Below are positions 13,201 to 25,844 of a stretch of 64,000 nt of DNA, one piece after another. Positions within the stretch are counted from its first letter, which is position 1. Each line of letters starts with the position of its first letter. Both the position numbers and the translations under genes were made by a program. Source of the stretch: Harriotta raleighana (Eukaryota); the NCBI GenBank assembly GCA_050575255.1, contig JBNZDD010013665.1, positions 985,136-1,049,135 of the forward strand, in the 5' to 3' direction. The notes beneath the pieces were generated by a model. The model made no database searches, was not told the DNA's origin, and saw nothing but the letters and a program-made list of their open reading frames with translations.

Positions 13201-14274
13201 AATGAAAGACAACGATGAGATCTTCATTCATCATTCAGATCAATGACGGCCAAATTTTGCTCCCTCCACAAAACCTTGGGTGTCTATTAATAAACTCTGT
13301 TTATATCTGCACCGTCCTCTCTCCTTTAAATAATTCAGTCAACAACAGCTCGTACATAAATCAGATTTACCTAGTATAAAGAAAACAAGAATCAAAAATA
13401 AGAACTGATTAACAGAGTTTGGTGAAATAATACATCACACAAATTGCAAGTTGTCATCTCGTTTCTGTTGTCACAATGCATTGGTCCACTAATTGATTAG
13501 ACATGAGCTTAATTTTGGCCTTCTGCTCTTCAACTCAGTACACATTTGTCACCTGCAACTCAAACACAGACACACCAGCATGCTCACAATCATAATTTGT
13601 GAGCTGGGACAGGCTGGGAGTAAAAATAAATTCCTTTGGAAACAAGAGTAAAATCATGAAGACAATATCAAAAGTAATGTGTATTAACACCAGGTGAACT
13701 GTGCACACAATAATGGTAGCTTTTGGCTTAATGTATTATTCAGGACCAAGTGGCTGGTTTCAACTGAGCTTCCCCTATATGGAGTTGTGAGAATATATAC
13801 AGCACCTCAGATTACTAAATGTCTTATAGGCTGTGACATTGTGAAGCTATTGACATTTGCGAGAAGGAATCTGTGTTGTTCCATTCTGCTAGAGTACACA
13901 GGCTTGTCGAAATAAATGGTTCTCAAATTCTCAGAGATACAACGCAAGTGCAGTTTTGAAGATGACTGTGCTGGCGTACAGCAGGAGAACATTTGCGTTG
14001 AACTGCAATAAAATAGCATGATTAATAAAACTAGTTGTAAAGGTGGAAGCAATACATTGTCAGATAGGCCTTTATTCAGATGAAACATTAAAACTGAGGA
14101 CCTGTTCACCCATACAGGTTGACATTAAAGATCTCATGACACTATCGGAAAAAAGCAAGTAGTTTTTGCGAGTGTCCTAGCCAACAACCCCATCAAATAA
14201 AATTGGTCATTCCCTTCATGGTTTCTTTTAGGACATTGTGATGTGAAAATTAGCTATTGCATTTGCCTACCAAA

Positions 14275-14745
14275 TCCAACATCAACAACAATTTGGATTT
14301 ATATAGCGCCCTCCACACCGGACAGCATCTCAGAGCGCTTCTCAGTAACAGATCCTGGGGTCAAGACAGGGGGAAAAAGGTGACCGAAAGTGCGGTCGAA
14401 AAGAAAGTTTTTAGCCGAGAGCTGAAAGTAGGAAGAGAGGTGGGGGTGAGGCGAAGGGAGTGAGGAAGGGAGTTCCAGAGCCTCGGGGCGAAGTGGCTGA
14501 AGGCATGGCCTCTGATGGTGGGGCGGAGGATTCGGGGGACAAGGAGGAGGCCAGACCCGGGAGAGTGAAGGCTACCATTGTGAGGAGAGAGGAGGTCAGA
14601 GAGGTAGGGGAGAGTGGAGGATCGGAGGGATTTGAAGACAAGAGTGAGGATCTTGAAATCGGTCTTCTCCGGGACAGGGAGCCAGTGCAGTCTAGCAAGG
14701 ACTGGGGTAATCAGGGAGCAGAGTTTGGTATGGGTATGAATACAG
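14275..14745 (-). mobile_element. L2 LINE 3' fragment (second tail type)
   Basis: Purine-rich on +, (AAC)n start, GAGCTGAAAG...AGGGAGTGAGGAAGGGAGTTCCAGAG encodes the LWNSLP region on -. Confidence 0.88.
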
Positions 14746-15139
14746 GCAGCAGAAATAAATAGCCACTACATTTCACAGAAACGGTGGGAAATGCTTCAGA
14801 AATTATGTTTGCAAAAAGAGTAATAAACAGTGGTAATGAACAAACAAAAAGCCTGACTGACCTGAATAACATTGGATTCATTTAAAAAACAGCTTCAAAG
14901 GAGGGGAGTTCAGGAAGTGGTGGGGGGGGGGGGAAGTGGGGGAGGGACAAGATAACTAAACGTGTGCTTGTAAAGATAGATCTTAAGGACAAATACTGTA
15001 ATGCATTTTTTATGAGCTGGGAAACGTAAAACTCAACATAATTTATGGAGAAGTAGAAAGATTGAATGGACGTCCAACTAACAAAATAAATTCTACTGTT
15101 GAAATCTATTCAGCTAAAGGTGAACGGTGCAATGCAAGG

Positions 15140-15562
15140 GCATTGAATCCTCGTCCTCACTATCCCTCGCCTATCTCTCCGACCTGCTGTCTCCTTATCA
15201 GCCTGTCCGTGCCCTCCATTCAGCAGGCTCTGGACTGCTCCATGTCCCCCACCCAAACTGCCCAACCATCGGTGGCCGGGCTATCAGCCTCTCTGCCCAC
15301 ACACTCTGGAACTCCATCCCACAATCCCTTTACATCGCCTCCTCCCTTTCCTCCTTCAAGGCCAGTCTCAAGACCTTCCTCTTTGACCGTGCCTTCTGCT
15401 CCCCTCCTAACTCTCTCCCCTCTCCTACTCTTCTTCCCCCTATCCTGACACCCCTCCCCACCTACCCCCTCCTGCTTGGGTCCTGACCTAACGGTTCAGC
15501 GCCTTGGGACATCCTGCTGATGTGAAAGGCCCTCTTTAAGTGTCATTTTGTTGTTGTTGTTG
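15140..15562 (+). mobile_element. L2 LINE 3' fragment
   Basis: YLSDLL.PYQP.R.L.S...LL.VP...IGGRA.S..A..LWNSIP....ASSLSSFK..LKTFLF; (TTG)n tail. Confidence 0.93.
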
Positions 15563-17361
15563 ATGAAGGGCATTTGACTGCCTGGGAACCACAGATGGAC
15601 TGCAATGGTGAAGTTCGTTGGATGGGCTGAAGTTTATTCTCTTGTGGCAAAAAAAAATTCTACCCTTTTCAATCAACTTTGTTGGTGTAATCTTCACCTT
15701 TACCAGTAGTTTTGACGAAGGAACATTTTGCAACACTCGTAAATAAATGGGTCTTCTATTCAGGTAAGATTGTAATCTTCCAAAGGGTTGCATTTGCAGT
15801 GGCATAGAAGTTTAGGCACTTAGCCAAGGCAGACTGCTTGAGGCTGTGACAAAATATCTTGCAGTAACTGCATTAACTGAGAATGACAGGACATCAAAAC
15901 AAGATGTTATACAGCTTACCAAGGCAAAGATAGCCTTGACAGCAGGGGGCCTAATCATCTGACAAATGTGAGACAAGGGAAACCTTCAAACCTCATGACA
16001 GTAATAACACTGAGATATAATTTAGATGGACCCTCGATATTAGTTTAGATTTACAATGTAAAGATGATGATTAATTGAATCAGTTCTAAGTTGACGTGGT
16101 CAAGTGCTGAATTTTCTTGAACACACAATAGCCAGCTATTTGATTAAGTTTAAATATGTTTGTGCATTGTGTATTTTTATTGATTTGACTACGATGATTT
16201 ACTGTTCACTAAACCGTCAAGGAGCTATAATGAAGTAATTATCCTTCAAAAGGAAGGAGTTTCTTCCAATATCCAGGCCAACAGTCCCCCAAATAAACAA
16301 AATTGGACACTCACTCACTCCATGGCTGTTTGTAGGACACTGCNCACAATCCCTTTACATCGCCTCCTCCCTTTCCTCCTTCAAGGCCAGTCTCAAGACC
16401 TTCCTCTTTGACCGTGCCTTCTGCTCCCCTCCTAACTCTCTCCCCTCTCCTACTCTTCTTCCCCCTATCCTGACACCCCTCCCCAACTACCCCCTCCTGC
16501 TTGGGTCCTGACCTAACGGTTTAGCGCCTTGGGACATCCTGCTGACGTGAAAGGCCCTCTTTAAGTGTCATTTTGTTGTTGTTGTTGATGAAGGGCATTT
16601 GACTGCCTGGGAACCACAGATGGACTGCAATGGTGAAGTTCGTTGGATGGGCTGAAGTTTATTCTCTTGTGGCAAAAAATAATTCTACCCTTTTCAATCA
16701 ACTTTGTTGGTGTAATCTTCACCTTTACCAGTAGTTTTGACGAAGGAACATTTTGCAACACTCGTAAATAAATGGGTCTTCTATTCAGGTAAGATTGTAA
16801 TCTTCCAAAGGGTTGCATTTGCAGTGGCATAGAAGTTTAGGCACTTAGCCAAGGCAGACTGCTTGAGGCTGTGACAAAATATCTTGCAGTAACTGCATTA
16901 ACTGAGAATGACAGGACATCAAAACAAGATGTTATACAGCTTACCAAGGCAAAGATAGCCTTGACAGCAGGGGGCCTAATCATCTGACAAATGTGAGACA
17001 AGGGAAACCTTCAAACCTCATGACAGTAATAACACTGAGATACAATTTAGATGGACCCTCGATATTAGTTTAGATTTACAATGTAAAGATGATGATTAAT
17101 TGAATCAGTTCTAAGTTGACGTGGTCAAGTGCTGAATTTTCTTGAACACACAATAGCCAGCTATTTGATTAATATGTTTGTGCATTGTGTATTTTTATTG
17201 ATTTGACTACGATGATTTACTGTTCACTAAACCGTCAAGGAGCTATAATGAAGTAATTATCCTTCAAAAGGAAGGAGTTTCTTCCAATATCCAGGCCAAC
17301 AGTCCCCCAAATAAACAAAATTGGACACTCACTCACTCCATGGCTGTTTGTAGGACACTGC
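15320..17361. repeat. About 1.02-kb tandem duplication across N at 16344 (15320-16343 vs 16345-17361), probable assembly artefact
   Basis: About 5 substitutions and one 7-bp indel; twin 89-aa ORFs. Confidence 0.9.
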
Positions 17362-18034
17362 TCTGAAAATTGGTTGCTATACTCGCCATTAAAGTATACA
17401 AAGTCACACCACTTTACAGCATCCAGTACCCTGTAAAGCACTTGGAGATGTCTTGACAATGTGAAAGGTGTTTTATCAAACGCAAGGATTATTATATTGT
17501 TATTATTCAATAGTCAATAATGCTGAGTACCTGCAAAACACACAGTCTCACTTAAAACAAGATAAATGTGTACGGTTGCACTATAATGACGAAAGTAAGC
17601 ATTACTCTTCAATTAGCACAATGAGATTGATTGGTTGAGTGTTTCTGTGGTTTCGTGTTCAATGCATTTTTCACACACTCAGGTTAATTTGTGGTTTGCA
17701 GCAACTTTTACAATGATTGATGGCTTCTACTTCTTTGTAACAAACAATAGTCCAATTTGTTTCCCGGTCCCTATAAATATACTGTTGCCAGAACACAAGA
17801 GATAAGCATTGTGTTTTATTGCAGAGAACAGGATTTTTATCTTGTTAACTGGATGTCCATCATGATCAGGCTGCCACAAATGATAAATTACTTTCAAACT
17901 CTAGAGTAGTTTACTTTATCATGCCTGATTATTCAATCGTCAAAGATATTTTTTAGCAGATTCTGACATATGATTTTTTATATATATATACTCCCTCAAA
18001 TTTTCTATTTATTTTCACACTCTGTTCACTCCGG

Positions 18035-18390
18035 GGGTCGGTCTGGCTCAGTCGGACGCACTCTCATTTCTGCGTCAGCAGATTACAGGTTCAAGTCCCA
18101 TGTTGGGAATAGCCTGATACTCTACGAGAGCACTGCATTGTCGGAGATGCCGTCATTCGGAGGAGAGATTAAACCGAGCTCCCATCCCATTCAGGTAGCG
18201 ATTAAAGATCTCTGTAACAGATTCTTGTGTTTTGGGATAAAAGATCCCAAGGCACCATTTGAAAAGTCCCACTGTCCTTGACAAAGATCCTCGAGATAAA
18301 ATGGATCATTGTACTTTGTAGCTAACTGTGGGACAATGCAGTGGGAGCGTTCGCTAACACATTTACCTGCATAATATAGTCACCTCACTT
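18035..18390 (+). mobile_element. Old Deu-domain SINE
   Basis: GGCTCAGTCGG...GGTTCAAGTCCCA head, GTCGGAGATGCCGTC...TTAAACCGAG. Confidence 0.75.
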
Positions 18391-19982
18391 TGCCGAATAC
18401 TCAGTGCAGATGGAAGAATTGACTAGGTGGAATTTCACCCTCGAGGACATATCACATGTGACATATCACAACTTCTACATGGTCAAATGGCCCTTAGTAA
18501 AGTCAGTATCTTGTCTCATCTTTGCAGCGGAATCACTGGTTGCTCCCACTACGCTATATATCATGTTTACTGGTCTGTTTGCTCTATGGAACGTGCTGTA
18601 ACAGACTCTTATGTTTGGGAATAAAAGCAACAATCCACTGCAGATCATTCATCATTTGTGGCAGAAAGAAATTAGCGGTTTTGTGGGGAGAAACGTCTAT
18701 AAATCCTTTTTTTTCCCGATAAGATTTTTCAACATTGTACCGATTTGTTTTTTTCTTGATGTGTCTGTGGGTCTGCTCTTTGATAGAGTAATCCACTTGG
18801 GATTGCCATTCCTGTTTCCCTAATAATTCTGATCAGATCATAGTGTTTCACCCACAAACATGAACAGGCCCGAGTCCAGCTGGAGCCCCATGTAATCTCT
18901 ATTCCGGAGCTCCCATCAGTGTTGCCACTGGGTCCCTGGGCAACTAAACTCAGTGGTCTGATGTCCAGGCCCAATGGAATGGCCTTAGGTGGAGGCCAGC
19001 TGGTGGGAGCCCAAAAGTACCAGCAGATTGGCTGCAGAGAAGTGTCTATCACACCAAGCTCTTCCCTCCAGCCCACATGCATTCCCACGGATTGCACATG
19101 CCTAATGCCACACTGCAAATGTACTGACCTTGCTCTTTCTGTGCTCTATAGAGCACAGCAACGTGGAACAGACATGATTTTAACATTAACGTTGTGATTC
19201 AGAGAAATACATCGAGCATTACAGCAATGGAAATAGACCAATGGGTATGTGACAGTATTTATACTCACACCAGCCTCTACTCTCCCTTCAGCCCTCTCCT
19301 ATACCCCTCCCCTTCTACTCCTTTCTCCCTCATGTTTGTACCAAGTTTCCTCTTTATTCTATTGATACGTTCTGCTTCAACTCCAGCTTCCTAGCAGTGA
19401 GTTCCACATTCCCACCGTCCTCTACATAAAGAAATTCCTCCTAAGATCCCTTCTCGATCAGCACCTGGCTATCTTATAAATAAACCCTCTGGGTTTGAAC
19501 TCACTGTGCTGACTGACATTCACAAGGTCTTCCCTAATATTGAAAGCCAACTCCTTAGGTTTTTTTTTACAGAATCCAGGTTTGGATAGAGGAAACTGAT
19601 TCTTGGGATCACTATCAGGAAATTACAGTATAGAAGGAGGCAATTTGGCTCAACAAGACTTTGACATATGGTCCATCAATACCATTTGGCCCTAATTCCT
19701 CCACTGGATTTAAATACTCTTGTCCCAATTCAATGACCCTTGTCATCCAAAGACAGCACCTAGGACAATGCAATGCATCCCCCAGCATTGTTGCCAAGTG
19801 AGCAACAAAGTCCAAATGTGGTGCTTGAACCCACAACATCTGACTCAGAAATAAGAACTCTACCACCTAGCCAGGCTGATGCACAACTCTATGAGGGTTG
19901 GCTCGTTTCTATGCACATCTTGAACAAAGAAAGACTAATAGTATTTCCGTCAGTTGAGCGATGAGATTGTAAGCATACAGAC

Positions 19983-20090
19983 CTTCTCAAGGCCTTCTTC
20001 CTTAAGGCTGATGACGTCCAAATCGAAATCTGTCCGTAGTCCAGTGCTTCTGTTGAATGTGATTCGCCCCGTTAATCCTTCCCATTGAGC
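19983..20090 (-). CDS. GRIK3: GRIK3 exon 8 (108 nt): [36 protein letters not shown]
   Basis: Acceptor ctgtgttgAG (GAG type), donor AAG|GTATGT. Confidence 0.95.
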
Positions 20091-20788
20091 CTCAACACAG
20101 AAATACATGATGGTAATTACACAACTATATAAATTACTCCACAACAGTAAATTTTAATTACACTCTCACAAGGCAATGATTCTAATTCTATCTCCATGTG
20201 GAATATATGATTAATTAATCATCACTGTTCTTTATAAAGTGCCTACAACTTCCTTCATGAATCCCGTTTGGCTTCATAGTTCTGATTTATTGGCACACCC
20301 ATTGTGCCCGACATGTATCTTGTTTCAAACTTTAATGCGATTATGTGTATCAGTGCCCGGCACCATTGCTCACATGTCACTTGGGGAAGAAGAAAAAAAG
20401 GTATTGCTTTCAACTGCTAGCTCTCCTTGAGAACTCCTTATCTCCAACTTTATAAGTATAATTGTATCTGTCATGAGTAAGGTGAATAGAACATTTAAAG
20501 TGGAAATGCTCGGAATATCTTATTAGCACTTTCATTAACCTGTTTAACCCAAAGTGGCCGTGTGCTTGCCAGCATAATGAAATATAAACTCGCTTTGTGC
20601 TGAACTCCCAGTAGCACAGGGGCAAAACCGAACATCAGTCTGCGGGAGTGATGAAACACCGCGTCGGGAGATCTCCTGCGGATAACAGGCAGGCAGTTCC
20701 CTGAGAATATCTGAAAACGTTGATGAACTGCAGTTCCACGACCCCTCTCAATGGCATGCATTACATCATGGCAATGCTTTACACGTTG

Positions 20789-21140
20789 TAAACAAGCGAG
20801 ATGAAAATCCCAGAAAGGAGTCGTGAATTTAAGAGCAGCTTCAGTTTAAGAAGTGCAAACCAAACAGGTTCCAAACTAACATTGGACTGAAGAATTTTAC
20901 ACAATTTCTCTGTATTCTTAAATGTTAAGACAGAACACTAAGACTAAGAGTAAATAAACTTTGGGCCTATGATTGTACAGTATTTCTGTCAAGACGCTTA
21001 GTGGATTTTAGAGGTTTGGACAATTCATGTTATATACAGGAGTTAAAATAACATTACTCATCACCAAGGGAGTGTATGGCTTGTCGGGAGCCACTCTTAA
21101 ATTCATGACTCCTTTCTGGGATTTTCATCTTATTTGTTTA
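20789..21140. repeat. 54-bp inverted repeat with 244-bp spacer
   Basis: 20789-20842 vs reverse complement of 21087-21140, 47/54 identical. Confidence 0.9.
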
Positions 21141-21589
21141 AATATTAAATCCTGAAAAACAAGGTAGATCAAGTATAGGGATTTCTTTCTCCTCACTAAA
21201 CCTCACCATGAATTCACATTACATTTGTACCTGGCTCATCCATTACACATCTTATCAACCAAACTTAACTGCACCAAAGCTAGAAAAGCCTCATAGCCAA
21301 ATTCACCCAATCCTTTGGGAACATTTCTCTGCCTTAATGAGGATCAATGGCAAACACACATTTTGTTTATTTCACTTGTAGGTAACCGTTGGAAAAGAAA
21401 CTCATTGGATAATCCCACTTATATGACAACAACAATAAATTACATTTATCCAGCACCTTTCACATCAAGTGGATGTCTCAAAGTGCTAGAGCTAGACAAT
21501 CAGGCACTTGAACTCAAACCATGGGTTGGGATTAGGAAGGGTGGAGGGCAGGAGGGTGGATGTAGAAGAGTGACCGAACCTAGTAATCA

Positions 21590-21826
21590 AAAAAGGTATA
21601 TAAAAAAAAATTGGTCACTTCAATCCATCACTATTTATGGGCCACTGCTGTGCGCAATTGGCTGTGGTGTTTCACCCACAAACGTACAACAACAACAACA
21701 AAATTACACTTGTATAGCGCCTTTCACGTCGGGAGGATGTGAAAGTCAATTCACTTTGCAGTATATTCTGTGAAGCGCTTTGATCAAATGCTGTATCAAA
21801 TGCAAGGATTATTATTTATTATTATA
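21590..21826 (+). mobile_element. SINE 3' half interrupted by an antisense L2 tail (about 21686-21740)
   Basis: Body breaks at CACAAACGTAC and resumes at AGTCAATTCAC around (AAC)n...CACGTCGGGAGG. Confidence 0.75.
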
Positions 21827-21994
21827 AACTCTTGAAACATGCCTTGAAAGAGGCAAGGGAGGGGTGAGGAGTGGGGGTGGGGGCATTCAGCCATTTGTTT
21901 CACCAGTTTTGTCGATCTTACCAGATCTTTGAATGTCAATGCACGACCCGCCCTTTCACCCATACACCTAAATGCCTATTTCCTCGCCAGTTAC

Positions 21995-22138
21995 CTCTTT
22001 AATGAAGGCCATGAAACGGCTCCCAAATCGCCAGGGCTTGTGCCTGTGGCACTGCAGAGAGTTCACTGTCATTTGAGGAGCTCGTTGATAGGACATTGAG
22101 ACAATATGAACTGCATCATATGTCAGAGCAGCATCTGT
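21995..22138 (-). CDS. GRIK3: GRIK3 exon 7 (144 nt): [13 protein letters not shown]...RFMAFIKE
   Basis: Acceptor tttatttcAG, donor GAG|GTAACT. Confidence 0.96.
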
Positions 22139-23789
22139 CTGAAATAAATGTGAAAACTGCTTAAGTCGATTTTTCAGCCAATTTCTCGCTGATTTTTTCT
22201 CCCACATGTTAACTTGTAACTTCACAGTTTGCACCCTTTTGATGAATGACGTTTCACAGGACCTCCAGTTATCTTGCTTCCAATCCTACTACTTCACACC
22301 CTCTAAGCCCCACAGTAAAGTGATTTGAGACATTATGTGACCTACAGGGTGACCAACATGTCATGATGCCATTACAATGTCTAAGAAGACTTAAAGAAAT
22401 TATATTTTTTGCAGGAAGTGGACAATAGAGTAGATATCGTGACTTTTTGGTTACCCTGCATATGAAAGATGCTGTACAGGTTAGTAGCAAGCTCCCTTCT
22501 GAGTGAGAAGGCTGTGGGATCAATCTCCAAATCAAGACTTTGATCGTATATAGTGTTAGGAGAGTGACAGCTCTCATTATCGGATGTACCATCCTTTGGG
22601 CAAGTTTTAAAACAAGGTCCTGTCTTCCAATGAGGTAAAGATCTTGCGGATCTACTCAAAGAGAGAAGGGAATTTCTCCTGGTGTCCTGGTTAACAATTC
22701 CCCCATGTTGCATATTGCCTTAACGAGAAAAGTTGCAATTGACTGAGACAAGTCTAAAAGGCTTATGGGAAAAGTGACTGCGGGAATTTGGGATAGAGTG
22801 GCAGGAAGTTCATCTGACAGAAGTCAACTTGTAAGATTTTGAATTGAAATATTGATTTAATCTACATGGTTTTTGGTGGATTAAAAAACATTATACCCCA
22901 GATAAAATTTACTCATTTCATAAATGTTTCTTTGTGGCACTTTGCCATGTACAAAATTGGCTGCCACGTTTGCCTACAAAATACACAGTCACCAAATCTC
23001 ACGGTAAATCCCGTGAAGGGTTTTTAAGACATCCTCCTGATATGACTGTCCTCCTTCCAATCTGAAGCCAATAAAATCATGGCAGTTCAATTGGCAGAGA
23101 CTCGGATGCAAACAAACGCTGGATCCTTTCAAGATGAAATGACATAACTCTCCACTCAAGTCCGCTCCACCCGGACCTTGAACATGCTCGATCAGAGGAG
23201 AAATCTAAAGAGCCCTTTGTGCAATAATCTTAATAATTGTAAAGTGTTTCACTTTCTGTGTTTACCCCGAGTGCTGATTAGTGTTTGGTACCACTGGCGA
23301 GAGCAGATAAGAGATTAACAGCATTAGGATAAATCTTCTGAATATTCATTAGGTTAAGCATGCTGTTGTGAGAGGAATAGCAGACAAACCCTGAATACAA
23401 ATAAACAGCGTTTTCTTTCCCCAAGAGAGACAATGTGAGCATCCGAATGACTAGACTGAAAGGAGGATTGGCCTCAATTCTCCTCCTCTCCTCTCCCCAC
23501 CCTCATTTTCCTATTTATGATGAAGGGTAATGTGCAAGACTTGTGATCTCTCCCCATGTTTAACAATTCCGTTGCAGATGGAGGTTAACAGCGATAAACC
23601 GAAGGCCACATTATCACCATCCATATTCATGAGGGAATTACATGGCAGCGAGCAGCATTTAAAAGGACCTTTTCCCCAGTTATGTCCAATTGAGTTTATT
23701 AGCAATGACTATGCACAATAGAACCCCTGCCTGGTAACCTTCAAAGAGCATGCGTTTGTCTGATGGGAGATTTTTTTTTGCAGTCGTAC

Positions 23790-23963
23790 CGTCATAATTC
23801 CATCCAGTAAGCCGGACGCCGGGCTCGGCGGAGCTTGGAGTCTCTCCATTGACCACTTCTCGATTATGGAAGCCACATATGGGTTTTCTGTATTTAGAAT
23901 TCGAAATCCAGTCATGTTTACACCACAGTAGCGGTAGGAATCCAAATCCAGGGCAAAGAGATC
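23790..23963 (-). CDS. GRIK3: GRIK3 exon 6 (174 nt): [23 protein letters not shown]...LLDGIMT
   Basis: Acceptor ctctctgcttcacAG, donor ACG|GTACGA. Confidence 0.96.
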
Positions 23964-25844
23964 CTGTGAAGCAGAGAGAGCAAGTCCCATGTTAAGGAAT
24001 TTCACACGCTGGATGAAATGAATAGCGCTAGTGTCCCCTTTGTTCCCAGCACAGCTGCCCTGTCTCAAAGGCTTACTCAAGTGCTTGGCTTTCTTGCTGG
24101 TGTGATAACCAATATTGTGTAGGGCTGTGTAAGGCTCCAATAAATTAAACCTCACCCTCACTGCCACCCTGTTTGTGGCGAAGCAATGACATCAGTTGCA
24201 AAGCAAGCATTTAAAATAATACTAAATTGCAATAACCCAATAATTGCAAATAAAACAGGCTTTTGTGGTAATAACGCTCGTGTGGTCTCGTGAAATAGTT
24301 GGCATTCTCTTCATTGAAACGCGGTAGCTATTCTTTGCTGCATAACTTGTTGAGAAATCATTTCATTAATTGGTGGGTTTTTCTTCAAATCCTGCTCCAC
24401 CTGGTCAAATGAAGACCAGGCTTTGTACGTTCCTGATCGTAATTTTGCGCTATTCTTTGATGGTTTTCATAATGAAGTAAAATTTGAGAGCGTACTCAAG
24501 AGAAAGAGTAACCACACATGTCATCAAACTCCAGGGAATCCCACTCCCATAAATGGTAAAGGCCCATGGATATCCTGATTTCTTAATTAAGAAATCCATT
24601 ATGAAATAGCTCAAAATAGAGCCCAATTATTTTTACAAACCATTAAGATTTATTACTCCGTTTACAAATTTGTGCTGCATCTTATTAAAGCTTTAGGAAT
24701 CGCTGCTCATTATGTTTAAGGCGTGAATGTTGGGTGAGGAGAAGGAATGCAAGGAGCAAACGAGAGATTTAGAAATGTAATTTGCTGCTGTGAGTTTGAA
24801 ATCTCAGGAACAGAGGAAAGCAGAAGAGGAGAATAAAGTTCCCACAACCCCATTTAACAGATGATAAATGTTTACTCCATTTTGCCCTTCCAACGCAAAA
24901 GGAAAATATGTACAAGTGTAATTTTGTTTTGGTTGTTGTCCTGATTCTGACTAGTACAATTCAGCGATCAGTGTCATTGTTGGATGCCTCAAATTCAATT
25001 GATTCCAATTATTATTAATAAGAATAGTTAAGCTATTCAATTAATAATAACCCTTGCGTTTGATATACTGCACTTCAAAATGCTTCAACATGGTGTGAAC
25101 ATATGTGTGTGTGTGTCTGTCTGTCCTGGCTGTCTATCTGTGAGTGTGTATGTGGGTTTTGAGTTGCCAGGTTTGTCTGGTATTCCAGTGCTGGAGATGC
25201 TGTCAATTTGATATCAAACAAAAAGTCTCTCAGTTCAAATGGACATTCTACATCTTGTGACAGAACTCAAAAAGATACGGGAAGTATATACTCCAGATAA
25301 TAATCATAATAGTTGTTCAATCATTTCATAGCCATTTGTGGAACATTCCAGTGTGAAAATTTGCTCACAACATTTACCTACTGTGAAGGGTTTTAAGATG
25401 TATTAACATTACAAGGACTACATGCAATGCAAATACTGTACAAGCATTATTCTGTGCACTAAATAAACATTAAAAAAGCTTTGTATCATGGACTCTGGGC
25501 AAGAAGACTGCATAGACTTACTTATAACAGTAGCACTTAGTTTCAAAGGGTGCGAAGGGGCAATGGATCACTAAATGATACAAGCAGCAAACCTAGCTAT
25601 CAATCAAATACAATTTCCTGCCTCAATAAAAAATGGTTCACATGTTATCACAGCTTAACTTCAGCATTTTTATATCACTGTAGCACAGATGAATAGGGGG
25701 AATTTCTGAGGTCGTCAGGGCTGTAGGTTTGAAGGAACGGAGGTTGATCAAGTTGGAGAACTGTGGTCTCACAGGAGGCAGCAAAAAAAAACTTCCAAAA
25801 ACAGCTTGATAAGAAATACATGTGGATTGATAACTGGCAAAAAA

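Noticed and set aside
15536-16830. Twin 89-aa ORFs (MPLQMQPF...) suggesting a duplicated small gene
   Set aside because: They lie in the N-joined duplication, end in an L2 (TTG)n tail and show no recognisable protein similarity.
11007-19982. Homologue of the GRIK1 15-aa alternative exon
   Set aside because: No matching 45-nt exon seen by eye; a diverged copy cannot be excluded without tBLASTn.
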